Below, one piece after another: positions 1 through 8,575 of a stretch of DNA of 64,000 bases. The translations under genes and the position numbers were made by a program. The DNA is from Sphingobacteriales bacterium (GTDB lineage: Bacteria; Bacteroidota; Bacteroidia; Chitinophagales; Chitinophagaceae). Numbering within the stretch: position 1 is the stretch's first letter; every line of letters begins with the position of its first letter. The stretch spans positions 8,674-72,673 of the forward strand of contig OMJB01000077.1 in the NCBI GenBank assembly GCA_900299255.1. Reading direction: 5' to 3'. A model generated the notes under the pieces. That model was not told where the DNA came from, did not search any database, and saw nothing but the letters and a program-made list of their open reading frames with translations.

Positions 1-669
1 TTTAAGCCCCGCCATAAATGCACCAAAAGTTAGCTGTACAAATAGTACAAGGGCGATGGCCAGTGTGTAGTTCCTAAATCCTGTATTGGCTGCTCTTTTC
101 TGTTCTGGTATCAGTAGCTGCAGCGCAAACCAGAGCGTATAGCAGGACAGCACCATCGCTGATACAAAATGCAGCGCCAGCTTTATATGGTCCACATACA
201 GGTGCGAGTCATTCAGCCCACTGGCTACCATTATCCAGCCTATCAGCCCTTGCAGCCCACCGAGCAAAAACAACACCACAAAAGGTTTGATCATCTTCTT
301 ATCAAAATACTGCCTCACCAGAAAATAAACGAACCCAACCGCAAATACAACGCCCAGCATCCTCGCCCAAAACCGATGCAGCCACTCCCAGAAAAAAATA
401 AACTGAAAGTCAGAAAGTGTAAAGTCGCTGTTCAGATATTTGAATTGCCCTATCTGCTTATACCCATCAAAAGCCTCATTCCACTGCTGCATATTAAGTG
501 GTGGCAGTATGCCAAATATTGGATTCCACTTGGTAATAGATAAGCCTGATCCCGTAAGCCTGGTTACACCACCCAGCAATGTCTGAATGATAATCATTCC
601 TACTCCTACCAGCAGCCATATAGCCACTGCTTTTCTCTTCCTGTTCTCCAACAATATAGTTTTTTGCAA
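1..669 (-). CDS. ctaA: heme A synthase, COX15/CtaA family (3' end runs off the left edge; not in the supplied ORF track)
   Basis: My own minus-strand translation gives ...RKRKAVAIWLLVGVGMIIIQTLLGGVTRLTGSGLSITKWNPIFGILPPLNMQQWNEAFDGYKQIGQFKYLNSDFTLSDFQFIFFWEWLHRFWARMLGVVFAVGF... and stays open to position 1. GGxTRLTxSGLS and WEWxHR are the COX15/CtaA signatures. There is no in-frame ATG before the first TM helix, so the start is a guess (TTG at 667-669). Confidence 0.8.
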   Translation of the reverse strand, partial: MQKTILLENRKRKAVAIWLLVGVGMIIIQTLLGGVTRLTGSGLSITKWNPIFGILPPLNMQQWNEAFDGYKQIGQFKYLNSDFTLSDFQFIFFWEWLHRFWARMLGVVFAVGFVYFLVRQYFDKKMIKPFVVLFLLGGLQGLIGWIMVASGLNDSHLYVDHIKLALHFVSAMVLSCYTLWFALQLLIPEQKRAANTGFRNYTLAIALVLFVQLTFGAFMAGLK

Positions 670-1078
670 AAGTAATTGTAATCAACGCACCTGCCTCTCC
701 AAATGTCAAAATGCCCCATTTAGCAGAAAATATTTTTTTGCTGCCCTACTTTTTTTTCAGAAAAACGTATAAATATTAAAATATTTTTCAAATGCAGTTA
801 TTGTGTATGCTTATTCAAAAAACATTATTTTATTTGCATAAATTTTGAGATTTCCACCACTTCTTTTAGTAGTTTTTTTATTATATTTAGTTTAATTAAA
901 CACGCTCAATAATTTATTTAAACAAGAAATTTAACAATTATAAAAAAAACTTATTTTGTTATCATAGATTTCTATTTGAATTGTTATTGATTAGTTAGTA
1001 AATTGCCTTATATTCGTAGTAAATTACCTGAACCGAAGCTTGAAAATCTATAGTTTTTACTTTTAAATTCATTTTTAT

Positions 1079-1402
1079 ATGAGAAAGGCTGATATTGTAG
1101 GCACTATCGCTGACAAAACCGGTATACCTAAAGTTGATATTCTTGTTGCACTGGAAACATTTTTCAAAGAGGTGAAAACATCTCTGGTTGAAGGTGAGCC
1201 CGTTTATGTCCGTGGTTTTGGCAGCTTCATACTCAAGAAAAGGGCTGCAAAAATTGGCCGCAATATCAAGAAGAATATTGCAGTTAGCATACCTGAGCAT
1301 TTTATTCCCGCATTCAAGCCAGCTAAGGAGTTTGTAGTAGCGGTAAAAGACTCAAAACACGAGCTAGTTGAGCATGCCGCCAGCGAATCCGATATGGATT
1401 AA
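1079..1402 (+). CDS. HU/IHF-family DNA-binding protein
   Basis: 107 aa. MRKADIVGTIADKTGIPKVDILVALETFFKEV...VYVRGFGSFILKKRAAKIGRNIKKNIAVSIPEHFIPAFKPAKEF matches the HU fold pattern (GFGxF ... R.GRNp.t.e.i.ip....p.Fkp). An AT-rich promoter region lies upstream. Confidence 0.85.
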   Translation: MRKADIVGTIADKTGIPKVDILVALETFFKEVKTSLVEGEPVYVRGFGSFILKKRAAKIGRNIKKNIAVSIPEHFIPAFKPAKEFVVAVKDSKHELVEHAASESDMD

Positions 1403-1474
1403 TACTCCGTTTGCATCCCTGATTTTGTTACCTTTGCTCCCTTTCGATTAAAAGGCATACTTAAAATCAGATTC

Positions 1475-2341
1475 TTGCGGGCAACACATTATATATCAAT
1501 TGCAGCGGCAGTTGTTTTGATAGCAGTTCTCTACTGGGGGGGCAACACCGTTCCTCCGGCTAAGAAACCTGCCGCAGATATGCAACGCCCTAATTCCGGC
1601 GGGCCGGTATCAGGGGCACCCCATGCAAGTGCGGTACCCGCTTCTTTCGATACCATGCTCTCAAGCGCCCGGGCATTACTTCCAAAACCCTCAGCCGATT
1701 CTATCCATTCTGTTGAAAGTGAAGTATTAGCGTTAAAAGATTCCACAAAAATGGCGCCCATGTTTGATCGTATTTCAAAAATATGGGAACATGCAGGCCA
1801 GTACAAATTTGCCGCCTTTTATACCGCAAAAGCTGGCAAATTGGAAAGTTCAGAAAAAAAGCTCACCTTTGCAGGCCAATTCTATTTACAGCTGATGGAA
1901 AGCGAGAGTAATCCTTCAGTTCAGATTTGGGAAGCGGGAGAAGCAGTTAGTTGCCTGGAGCAGTCATTAAAGATCAATCCGAATAACGAAGAAACCAAAC
2001 TGGCACTGGGTACTGCCTATATAGAAGGTACCGGTGAACCAATGAAAGGTGTTCAGTTACTATTAGCCATCACCCGTGAAAAACCTGACGATATTCCCGC
2101 CAATATGGTGTTGGGTAAAATGTCTATACAGTCAGGGCAGTTTGAAAAAGCCATCGGCCGCTTTGAGACAGTTTTAAAACAGGAACCCGAAAATAAGGAA
2201 GCACTGTATTTTCTGGCTCAGGCTTACGAAGGAAAAGGAGATAAAAAGAAGGCAATTGAATTACTGGAGAAATGCAAAAAGGCGGTGAATAACCCCGAGT
2301 TCAGTAAAGATATTGACCAACATATAAATTCATTAAAGTAA
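1475..2341 (+). CDS. membrane-anchored tetratricopeptide (TPR) repeat protein
   Basis: 288 aa. N-terminal TM helix (ISIAAAVVLIAVLYWGG), then TPR-like A/L/Y/G periodicity (EEAVSCLEQSLKINPNNEETKLALGTAY; KEALYFLAQAYEGKGDKKKAIELLEKC). The start is a TTG per the ORF track and is uncertain. Confidence 0.7.
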   Translation: MRATHYISIAAAVVLIAVLYWGGNTVPPAKKPAADMQRPNSGGPVSGAPHASAVPASFDTMLSSARALLPKPSADSIHSVESEVLALKDSTKMAPMFDRISKIWEHAGQYKFAAFYTAKAGKLESSEKKLTFAGQFYLQLMESESNPSVQIWEAGEAVSCLEQSLKINPNNEETKLALGTAYIEGTGEPMKGVQLLLAITREKPDDIPANMVLGKMSIQSGQFEKAIGRFETVLKQEPENKEALYFLAQAYEGKGDKKKAIELLEKCKKAVNNPEFSKDIDQHINSLK

Positions 2342-2359
2342 CGTTTAAAATTACGAGTT

Positions 2360-2452
2360 ATGCCTTGCGGTAAAAAAAGAAAAAGACATAAGATAGCCAC
2401 ACACAAACGCAAAAAGCGTCTGAGAAAGAATCGCCATAAAAAGAATAAATAG
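2360..2452 (+). CDS. 30-aa hyper-basic peptide, candidate bS22-like small ribosomal protein (below the ORF-track size cutoff)
   Basis: ATG 2360 to TAG 2450-2452 encodes MPCGKKRKRHKIATHKRKKRLRKNRHKKNK (20 of 30 residues are K/R/H). It starts 19 nt after the TPR gene stop and is followed by an 11-bp perfect hairpin. The product call rests on remembered similarity to the bS22/mS38 KKRxKxM..HK.RK.L.R.R pattern. Confidence 0.55.
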   Translation: MPCGKKRKRHKIATHKRKKRLRKNRHKKNK

Positions 2453-2487
2453 GCTTTTTTACTGCTTCCTCAATCAAGTTAATACCT

Positions 2488-2534
2488 TGCACATCAGCTC
2501 CGCTATACACAGGCTGATGTGCAGGTTTATTATT
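2488..2534 (+). terminator. stem-loop downstream of the small basic ORF, in the rng leader
   Basis: Perfect 11-bp inverted repeat TGCACATCAGC (2488-2498) / GCTGATGTGCA (2513-2523) with a 14-nt loop, followed by GGTTTATTATT. It could terminate the upstream unit or be rng 5'-UTR structure. Confidence 0.45.
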
Positions 2535-2600
2535 ACGGCCTTAATGCGGTACTTATACAGTACCCGCCATGAACAGTTGAAGCTGCACTGGTAATCTGCA

Positions 2601-4160
2601 ATGAACAAAGAACTTATTATTAATTCGGCACCGGAAGGTGTCGAGATAGCTTTATTGGAAGACAAGAAGCTGGTCGAACTCCACTATGGGCGTGGACAGG
2701 ATCAGTTTGCTGTAGGCGACCTGTATCTGGGCAAGATCAAAAAGCTCATGCCCGGCCTTAATGCCGTTTTTGTGGATGTAGGTTATGAGAAAGATGCTTT
2801 CCTGCATTATACAGACCTTAGCCCCTACCTCAAGTCTATCATCAAATTCTCTAAGCTTGCTGTAGACGGTGTTACTACCTGGGGCGACGACCTGGGTAAA
2901 TTTAAAAATGAACCAGAGATTCTTAAGTCAGGTAAAATCACCGAAGTTTTCAACGGTAAGCCAGAAATAATAGTTCAGATTCTCAAAGAACCTATTTCGT
3001 CAAAAGGGCCGAGGCTCAGTTGTGAAATATCGCTGCCTGGCCGTTTTGTTGTGGTTACTCCGTTTAATGATGTGGTTGCTATCTCACGCAAAATTCATTC
3101 GGCCGAGGAACGCAAACGCCTCCAGCGAATTGTTGAAAGCATCAAGCCAAAGAATTTTGGTGTTATAGTACGCACAGCGGCCGAAGGCAAAAGCACTGCC
3201 GAACTACATACCGACATTCTGGAACTGGAGAAAATGTGGAAGTCTATGCAGGCCAACCTCAAGGGTGCCAAGGCTCCACAGATGGTCCTCAGCGAGCAGG
3301 ACAAAACAACTTCTATTCTCCGCGACCTGCTGAGCGAAAGCTTTCAGAAAATAGTAGTGAACGACAAAAAGCTGCTTACTGTTACCAAGGAATATATCTC
3401 ACGAATTTCTCCCGGCCAGGAAGAGATCGTAACGCTACACAGCAATCAGCAATCCATTTTCGAAACCTATGGTGTAGCCAAGCAGGTGAAAGCCTCTTTC
3501 GGCAAAACTGTAAATCTGGCAAGCGGTGCTTACCTGATCATCGAACATACTGAAGCGCTGCATGTGGTTGACGTAAACAGCGGCACCCGCAGTGCAGATA
3601 TAGGCCAGGAGCAGAATGCACTGGCTACAAACCTGGAAGCAGCACAGGAAATAGTAAGGCAAATGCGCCTGCGCGACCTGGGCGGTATTATCATCGTAGA
3701 CTTTATAGATATGAAGCTGCCTGAAAACCGCAAGCAGCTGCACGACGCTATGGAAACCATGATGTCTAACGACCGAGCCCGTCATACTATACTGCCGCTG
3801 TCTAAGTTCGGCCTGATGCAGATTACACGCCAAAGGTTGAAACCTGAGCTGAATATCTCTACTGCCGAAGTTTGCCCAACCTGCAAAGGCACAGGCAAAA
3901 TAGGCCCATCGATATTACTGAGTGACGATATAGAAAAAGACCTTAAATATCTGGCAACACAAGGCCATCAAAGCCTGAAACTGCAAGTGCATCCTATCCT
4001 CGAAGGCTACCTTACCAAGGGTACCTTCCTGAAGCCTTCTATTATGAAGAAATGGAGCAAACTATACAAAGTAAAAATGAAGGTTGTGGCCGACAACGGC
4101 TCACCACTTACCGAATACAATTTCTACGATGCCCACTCAGATGACCTGATCAAGCTGTAG
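2601..4160 (+). CDS. rng: ribonuclease E/G family protein (RNase G-like)
   Basis: 519 aa. N-terminal S1-like domain (GDLYLGKIKKLMPGLNAVFVDVGYEKDAFLH), the RNase E/G catalytic core (HTEALHVVDVNSG..., LRDLGGIIIVDFIDM) and a Zn-link-like CPTCKGTG. Confidence 0.9.
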   Translation: MNKELIINSAPEGVEIALLEDKKLVELHYGRGQDQFAVGDLYLGKIKKLMPGLNAVFVDVGYEKDAFLHYTDLSPYLKSIIKFSKLAVDGVTTWGDDLGKFKNEPEILKSGKITEVFNGKPEIIVQILKEPISSKGPRLSCEISLPGRFVVVTPFNDVVAISRKIHSAEERKRLQRIVESIKPKNFGVIVRTAAEGKSTAELHTDILELEKMWKSMQANLKGAKAPQMVLSEQDKTTSILRDLLSESFQKIVVNDKKLLTVTKEYISRISPGQEEIVTLHSNQQSIFETYGVAKQVKASFGKTVNLASGAYLIIEHTEALHVVDVNSGTRSADIGQEQNALATNLEAAQEIVRQMRLRDLGGIIIVDFIDMKLPENRKQLHDAMETMMSNDRARHTILPLSKFGLMQITRQRLKPELNISTAEVCPTCKGTGKIGPSILLSDDIEKDLKYLATQGHQSLKLQVHPILEGYLTKGTFLKPSIMKKWSKLYKVKMKVVADNGSPLTEYNFYDAHSDDLIKL

Positions 4161-4182
4161 GTATCCATATCAAAGACATTTT

Positions 4183-4208
4183 ACGGGCTGCTTGCAGCCC
4201 GTTTTTTT
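4183..4208 (+). terminator. intrinsic terminator after rng
   Basis: ACGGGCTG-cttg-CAGCCCGT followed by TTTTTTT. Confidence 0.8.
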
Positions 4209-4328
4209 AATCGTTTTCTTGTCCTATGTTGGATAAAAATAAATTTTAGGCAGTCGCTTTTGCCTGTATACTTGTCTTTTTATATTTAACTTTGACAAAA
4301 CCTAAAAAACCACTAACTTCAAGTAAAC

Positions 4329-4532
4329 ATGGGTATGCAAACATTGATAGTAGAAATTAAATCCCCCACAAAAGCAAAAAAACTTTCGGAAATGCTTTCA
4401 TCAATGAATTTTGTAAAAAACGTTTTTTCTGTAAAAAAACGCAAAGAAATGATAGCTGCGTTACAGGAACATGAAGAAGTAAAAAAAGCGATAGTAAAGA
4501 AGAAAAATAAAGCTATTGCTAAATACTTATAA
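4329..4532 (+). CDS. small Lys-rich protein, candidate antitoxin of the downstream PemK/MazF-like toxin
   Basis: 67 aa. Its stop TAA (4530-4532) directly abuts the ATG of the next gene (TAAATG). The role is inferred from position and size only; I recognise no RHH, AbrB or Phd motif. Confidence 0.5.
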   Translation: MGMQTLIVEIKSPTKAKKLSEMLSSMNFVKNVFSVKKRKEMIAALQEHEEVKKAIVKKKNKAIAKYL

Positions 4533-4865
4533 ATGAAGGTGCAGCAACGAGACATAATCGAAGTGAATTTTGAGCTGCCAGGCGGAAAATTCAAAACACA
4601 CCCGGCTCATGTAATCTCAAATGAAAATGTACTTGAAACCGAGGATATTTTCTATGCTTTAATGATCTCATCCCAACCCTTCAACGACGAATTTTCATTT
4701 GAAATAAGCAATTCAATGTTGTCAAAACCGCTGTCTCGCAAATCATATGTGAAATGCCAGCTTTTGCAATCCTACACTACCGATGAAGTCATCTCAAAAA
4801 TATCATCTGTAAAGCAGGTTTATTTTGAGCAGATAATGAAAAGATTTATTGATACTGTTTTTTAG
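4533..4865 (+). CDS. PemK/MazF-like type II toxin (SH3-like barrel endoribonuclease family)
   Basis: 110 aa. QRDIIEVNFELPGGKFKTHPAHVISNENV...YALMISSQ...SYVKCQLLQSYTTDEV follows the PemK pattern (GDIv.v.F....g.E..K.RPalVis ... i.i.itS ... S.v...ql.tid). AT-rich islet. Confidence 0.6.
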   Translation: MKVQQRDIIEVNFELPGGKFKTHPAHVISNENVLETEDIFYALMISSQPFNDEFSFEISNSMLSKPLSRKSYVKCQLLQSYTTDEVISKISSVKQVYFEQIMKRFIDTVF

Positions 4866-4877
4866 CCCATCTCACAA

Positions 4878-5204
4878 TTATTCAAATAATTGCTTGACAT
4901 TGTCTGGAACATGCTTCAAAGGGTCATCAAATATTCCAACCCAGTTTTTAGGTATGTACTCTTCAAGCAATATATCATAATATCCATTCACATACAACCT
5001 ACTATCAAAATCAATTAATACTGACAAAACAAATCTACTACCATCAGACTTGTTCATTCGAATATCATGCAATAAAAACTCTTGATTTTCCATTGCCTTG
5101 CAAAAATCGTTTGCTTTGCCTTCGTTTACTTCAAGGATGTTATTTCTAAATACTTCATTCCATTCTTTTGGATCATAATTAGGGTTATAGGACTTGTAAT
5201 CCAT
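4878..5204 (-). CDS. hypothetical protein (108 aa, acidic, no signal peptide)
   Basis: A clean ORF 110 nt downstream of priA on the same strand, convergent with the toxin gene. I recognise no motif. AT-rich like the TA pair. Confidence 0.5.
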   Translation of the reverse strand: MDYKSYNPNYDPKEWNEVFRNNILEVNEGKANDFCKAMENQEFLLHDIRMNKSDGSRFVLSVLIDFDSRLYVNGYYDILLEEYIPKNWVGIFDDPLKHVPDNVKQLFE

Positions 5205-5314
5205 TATCCATTCTGCAATTACCCCGGCGTAAAGCTTACATGCCGAATCTAATTTTACTCATCCAATAATTTCATTTTCATTCATCTTGTACATGAGCTT
5301 TCAATTTGACTTAC

Positions 5315-7756
5315 CTACATCGGATCCACATCAAATATCACTTGCACATTGCTGTTGCCTCTTTTGTTGATAATATGCATCCGCTCATTTTTCAGAAATT
5401 GCTTTACCGACTCCAGTTGCTTATTGTCTTTTGAGCACTTCACCCATATCTCGTATATATACTGATTCCTCACTCTGGGCACCAGTGCGGGTGCAGGCCC
5501 CTGCAGGCTTATGCCCGGCACCGCCTGCAGTGCCCCTGCCATCAAAGTTGCAGCAGCGGCGGTTCTGGTCTCATCCTTGTGTTTAAAAACAATTTTTATC
5601 AGCCTTGTAAATGGCGGATAGGCAAAGTGGTTTCTGTAGCCTATCTCCTGCATGTAAAAGTTATGTACATCATGGTCCTTCACCAGTTGTAATACCGGAT
5701 GTGTAAGGTTGTAGGCCTGTATCAGTACCCGCCCCTTGCCATCTGCCCTGCCAGCCCTGCCGCTTACCTGCTCCATCAGCTGAAACGCGCGCTCATTCAC
5801 CCTGAAATCCGGATAGCTGAGCAGGCTATCGGCACTGAGTATACCCACCAGCGCCACTGAGGCAAAGTCAAGTCCCTTTACCACCATCTGCGTGCCTACC
5901 AGTATGTCTATCTTCCGCTTCTCCAGCAGGTCCAGCAGCTCACGCATACTGTGCTTGCCCCGCATACTGTCCACATCCATGCGTGCCACCCTGGCCTCCG
6001 GAAATATATGCTGCACCTCTTCTTCTATCTTCTCTGTACCAAAACTCTTGCTCACCAGTTTATCGCTCCCACATGCCGGACAAGATCTCACCACCGCTGC
6101 TTTCAGTCCGCAGTAGTGGCAGTGCAGCTTATCAGTGCTTTTATGGTACGTAAGTGATACAGAGCAGTTCTTGCACTGCGGTACCCAGCCGCATATAGTA
6201 CACAACTGAAACGGAGCATACCCCCTCCTGTTCTGAAAAAGTATTACCTGCTTCTTTTGCTGCAGGGCTTCGAGCACTGCCTGCTGCAGCTCAGGTGTCA
6301 CCAGCTTCACGCCGCTCAGCTTCACCGTCTCCAGCGATTTGGCATTTATTATCTCTATCACAGGCATCTTCACACCCTGGTATCTGTCCTTAAGGCCCGC
6401 ATAGGCATACTTGCCCTGCTGCACATTATACAGACTCTCTACCGATGGTGTAGCTGAACCCAGTATCACCTTTGCACCAAAAAGTGACGACAGGTAGATA
6501 GCCGCATCCCGCGCATGAAACCTGGGTGCAGGTTCTTTTTGCTTATAGCTGCTGTCGTGCTCCTCATCAACTATTATCAGACCCGGATTGCTGTAGGGCA
6601 GCCACAATGCCGACCTTGGCCCTGCCACCACCTGATAATCCCCTTTCCGCACCTTCTCCCATATCTCTACACGCTCATTGTTACTGAAGTGCGAATGATA
6701 CACACCCAGCTGCTCGCCAAAATAGGCATGCAGCCGCCTCACCAATTGGGTGGTGAGCCCTATCTCTGGCAGCAGTAGTATAGCCTGCCTGCCTGCCTTC
6801 AGGCACTCCTTTATCTTATGAATATACAGCAGCGTCTTTCCGCTGCCTGTTACCCCGTGCAGCAATGCCACATTTTTGTCCTGCAGCCCTGCGTTCAGGT
6901 CGTCATATGCCTTTTGCTGAGCCTCAGTAAATACAATCTCCTTTGCCTGTTGCGCCGCCGGAAAAAACACACGGTCGACATTCTGCTCTTCAACTACAAA
7001 TATCCCTTTCGTCACCAGTGCCTTCATCTGTGCTGCCGATGCACTTGTTCTGTCCAGCAGTTCAGTTTGTTTCACCACCCCTGCCTTCACAGATATCTCT
7101 GTATAGGCCATCAGCAGCTCCAGTTGTTTAGGTGCCTTTTCCAGTTCTTTAAACAGTGCCAGCAGTGCATCGTTACTGTTGTGTATGGCTGCCAGCATCA
7201 CTACCTTTTCCCGCCTGGGCCGGTAGGTTGCTTCCAGCATTTCATTTATCTGTATAACCTCCTGCTCCAGCAGCTCATTAAGCACCTGTGCGAAGTGCCT
7301 TGCACTGATAATATTACGCAGCTCACTGATCGTTATCTCCCGGCGCATAATCAGCGATTCCACTGCCAGGTGAGCCTCATTGCTCCACTCGTATACAACG
7401 CTGTCGTCTCCCACCCACTGCAGCCTGGTTTCGCCCATCAGTTTCAGATGTGCCGGCAGGGCAGCCTGCATCACCTCGCCCGGGCCTGCCATATAATACT
7501 GTGCCACCCACCGCCAGAACTGCAACTGCTGTTCATTGACCACCGGCTCCTCATCAATAATATTCCTGATGGGCTTCACCATGTATTCCTGAGGCTTATT
7601 ATCGTGCAGCCGTTCTATTATACCGGCATACTGCTTGTTTTTACCCAGCGACACTTCCACACGCATCCCCGGCCGCAGCAGTTCCTGCATATCCAGCGGC
7701 ACCCCGTAGGTAAGCACCTGGGGCAGATTAAGCGGAAGGATCACATCAGCAAACAT
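5315..7756 (-). CDS. priA: primosomal protein N' (replication restart helicase PriA)
   Basis: 813 aa. Walker A GVTGSGKT, DEEH box (IIVDEEHDSSYKQ), and the PriA Cys-rich zinc region CTICGWVPQCKNCSVSLTYHKSTDKLHCHYCG...CPACGS. Confidence 0.95.
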   Translation of the reverse strand: MFADVILPLNLPQVLTYGVPLDMQELLRPGMRVEVSLGKNKQYAGIIERLHDNKPQEYMVKPIRNIIDEEPVVNEQQLQFWRWVAQYYMAGPGEVMQAALPAHLKLMGETRLQWVGDDSVVYEWSNEAHLAVESLIMRREITISELRNIISARHFAQVLNELLEQEVIQINEMLEATYRPRREKVVMLAAIHNSNDALLALFKELEKAPKQLELLMAYTEISVKAGVVKQTELLDRTSASAAQMKALVTKGIFVVEEQNVDRVFFPAAQQAKEIVFTEAQQKAYDDLNAGLQDKNVALLHGVTGSGKTLLYIHKIKECLKAGRQAILLLPEIGLTTQLVRRLHAYFGEQLGVYHSHFSNNERVEIWEKVRKGDYQVVAGPRSALWLPYSNPGLIIVDEEHDSSYKQKEPAPRFHARDAAIYLSSLFGAKVILGSATPSVESLYNVQQGKYAYAGLKDRYQGVKMPVIEIINAKSLETVKLSGVKLVTPELQQAVLEALQQKKQVILFQNRRGYAPFQLCTICGWVPQCKNCSVSLTYHKSTDKLHCHYCGLKAAVVRSCPACGSDKLVSKSFGTEKIEEEVQHIFPEARVARMDVDSMRGKHSMRELLDLLEKRKIDILVGTQMVVKGLDFASVALVGILSADSLLSYPDFRVNERAFQLMEQVSGRAGRADGKGRVLIQAYNLTHPVLQLVKDHDVHNFYMQEIGYRNHFAYPPFTRLIKIVFKHKDETRTAAAATLMAGALQAVPGISLQGPAPALVPRVRNQYIYEIWVKCSKDNKQLESVKQFLKNERMHIINKRGNSNVQVIFDVDPM

Positions 7757-8130
7757 GCACGCAAGTTAAACCCCTATTCCCGATTCTGACAGGGCAACCA
7801 CAAATATTTGCATTGAAATAAATAAAATGAAAACCAGCCCAATACCCGCCGTCATTTCGAACAAACGCAGTGCAGGTGCAGCCGCAACGAAGTGCCGTGA
7901 GAAATCCCCTGAGCCAAGGCAATCAGCCAAATAGCGTTCGCTTACCTGATGTTGAAATTTCCCATTTTCTCAAACAAATATCAAAATGCTTTACGGTGCT
8001 GATTATCAATTGTTTTGCCTGAATTATTTTCCCAAAAAATACCCATGTGGGAAATGGTCAGGCGGCGGTTTCTACCACAAAGTCCACGATGGCTACACAA
8101 GGTTCACCATATTCTTGTAGGGTTAAACGC

Positions 8131-8190
8131 ACCGGAAGCAAACTTCCGTTTTACTTCCGGTTTCTTCCGGTGGCGGAAGCGACCGGAAGT
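8131..8190. repeat. nested-hairpin array of ACCGGAAG / CTTCCGG motifs in a long non-coding gap
   Basis: ACCGGAAG(8131)-caaa-CTTCCG(8143), then ACTTCCGG(8153-8160)-ttt-CTTCCG-gtgg-CGGAAG-cga-CCGGAAGT(8183-8190). The 8-bp outer and 6-bp inner stems are nested. More ACCGGAA copies sit at 8253-8259 and 8444-8450. Confidence 0.6.
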
Positions 8191-8567
8191 TATTAACTAA
8201 TTGATTTTTAATTATTTGCGCATGAATTGCGGGTTTTACCGAAAAAACTGCAACCGGAAATTTCATTTTCAATAAATGGGTGCGAGCCTTTTGTAAATAT
8301 CGGATATTGGGTGGAAATGGCAAAATTTAAAATCTATGACAAGCCGTATATGGCTTATGACAGTACGGTGGCGTCCTGTGTTGGAAAATATCCCCAATCA
8401 AGTTTCAAACGCTTTCGGCTATTTGCCGGCGCCTGTCGGAGCCACCGGAACCGGAGAAAATGCCCTTAACTCTTTTTGCCAAACTTTAGCACCTCGACCC
8501 AAAACTCCCGACCAATTACTATCTGCTAAATACTATCTACCCACACCTTCCGACCCAAAATTTTACC

Positions 8568-8575
8568 TACTTTTG
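8568..8575 (+). promoter_or_regulatory. candidate Bacteroidota -7 promoter box (TAnnTTTG) for etfBA
   Basis: TACTTTTG lies 46 nt upstream of the etfB ATG and matches the published Bacteroidetes sigma-A -7 consensus. I found no clear -33 TTTG at the canonical spacing. Confidence 0.35.

Noticed and set aside
169-772. Plus-strand ORFs 169-543 and 587-772, and minus-strand ORF 494-709, lie at the left edge.
   Set aside because: The minus-strand frame that is open from about 669 to position 1 encodes an obvious COX15/CtaA protein. The listed ORFs are in other frames or on the other strand of that gene.
6818-7789. A 323-aa plus-strand ORF, with several shorter ones, lies antisense to priA.
   Set aside because: It sits entirely inside priA, which has unambiguous helicase and zinc-finger motifs. 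The antisense translation is Cys/His/Gln/Leu-rich with no recognisable domain. It is a typical shadow ORF.
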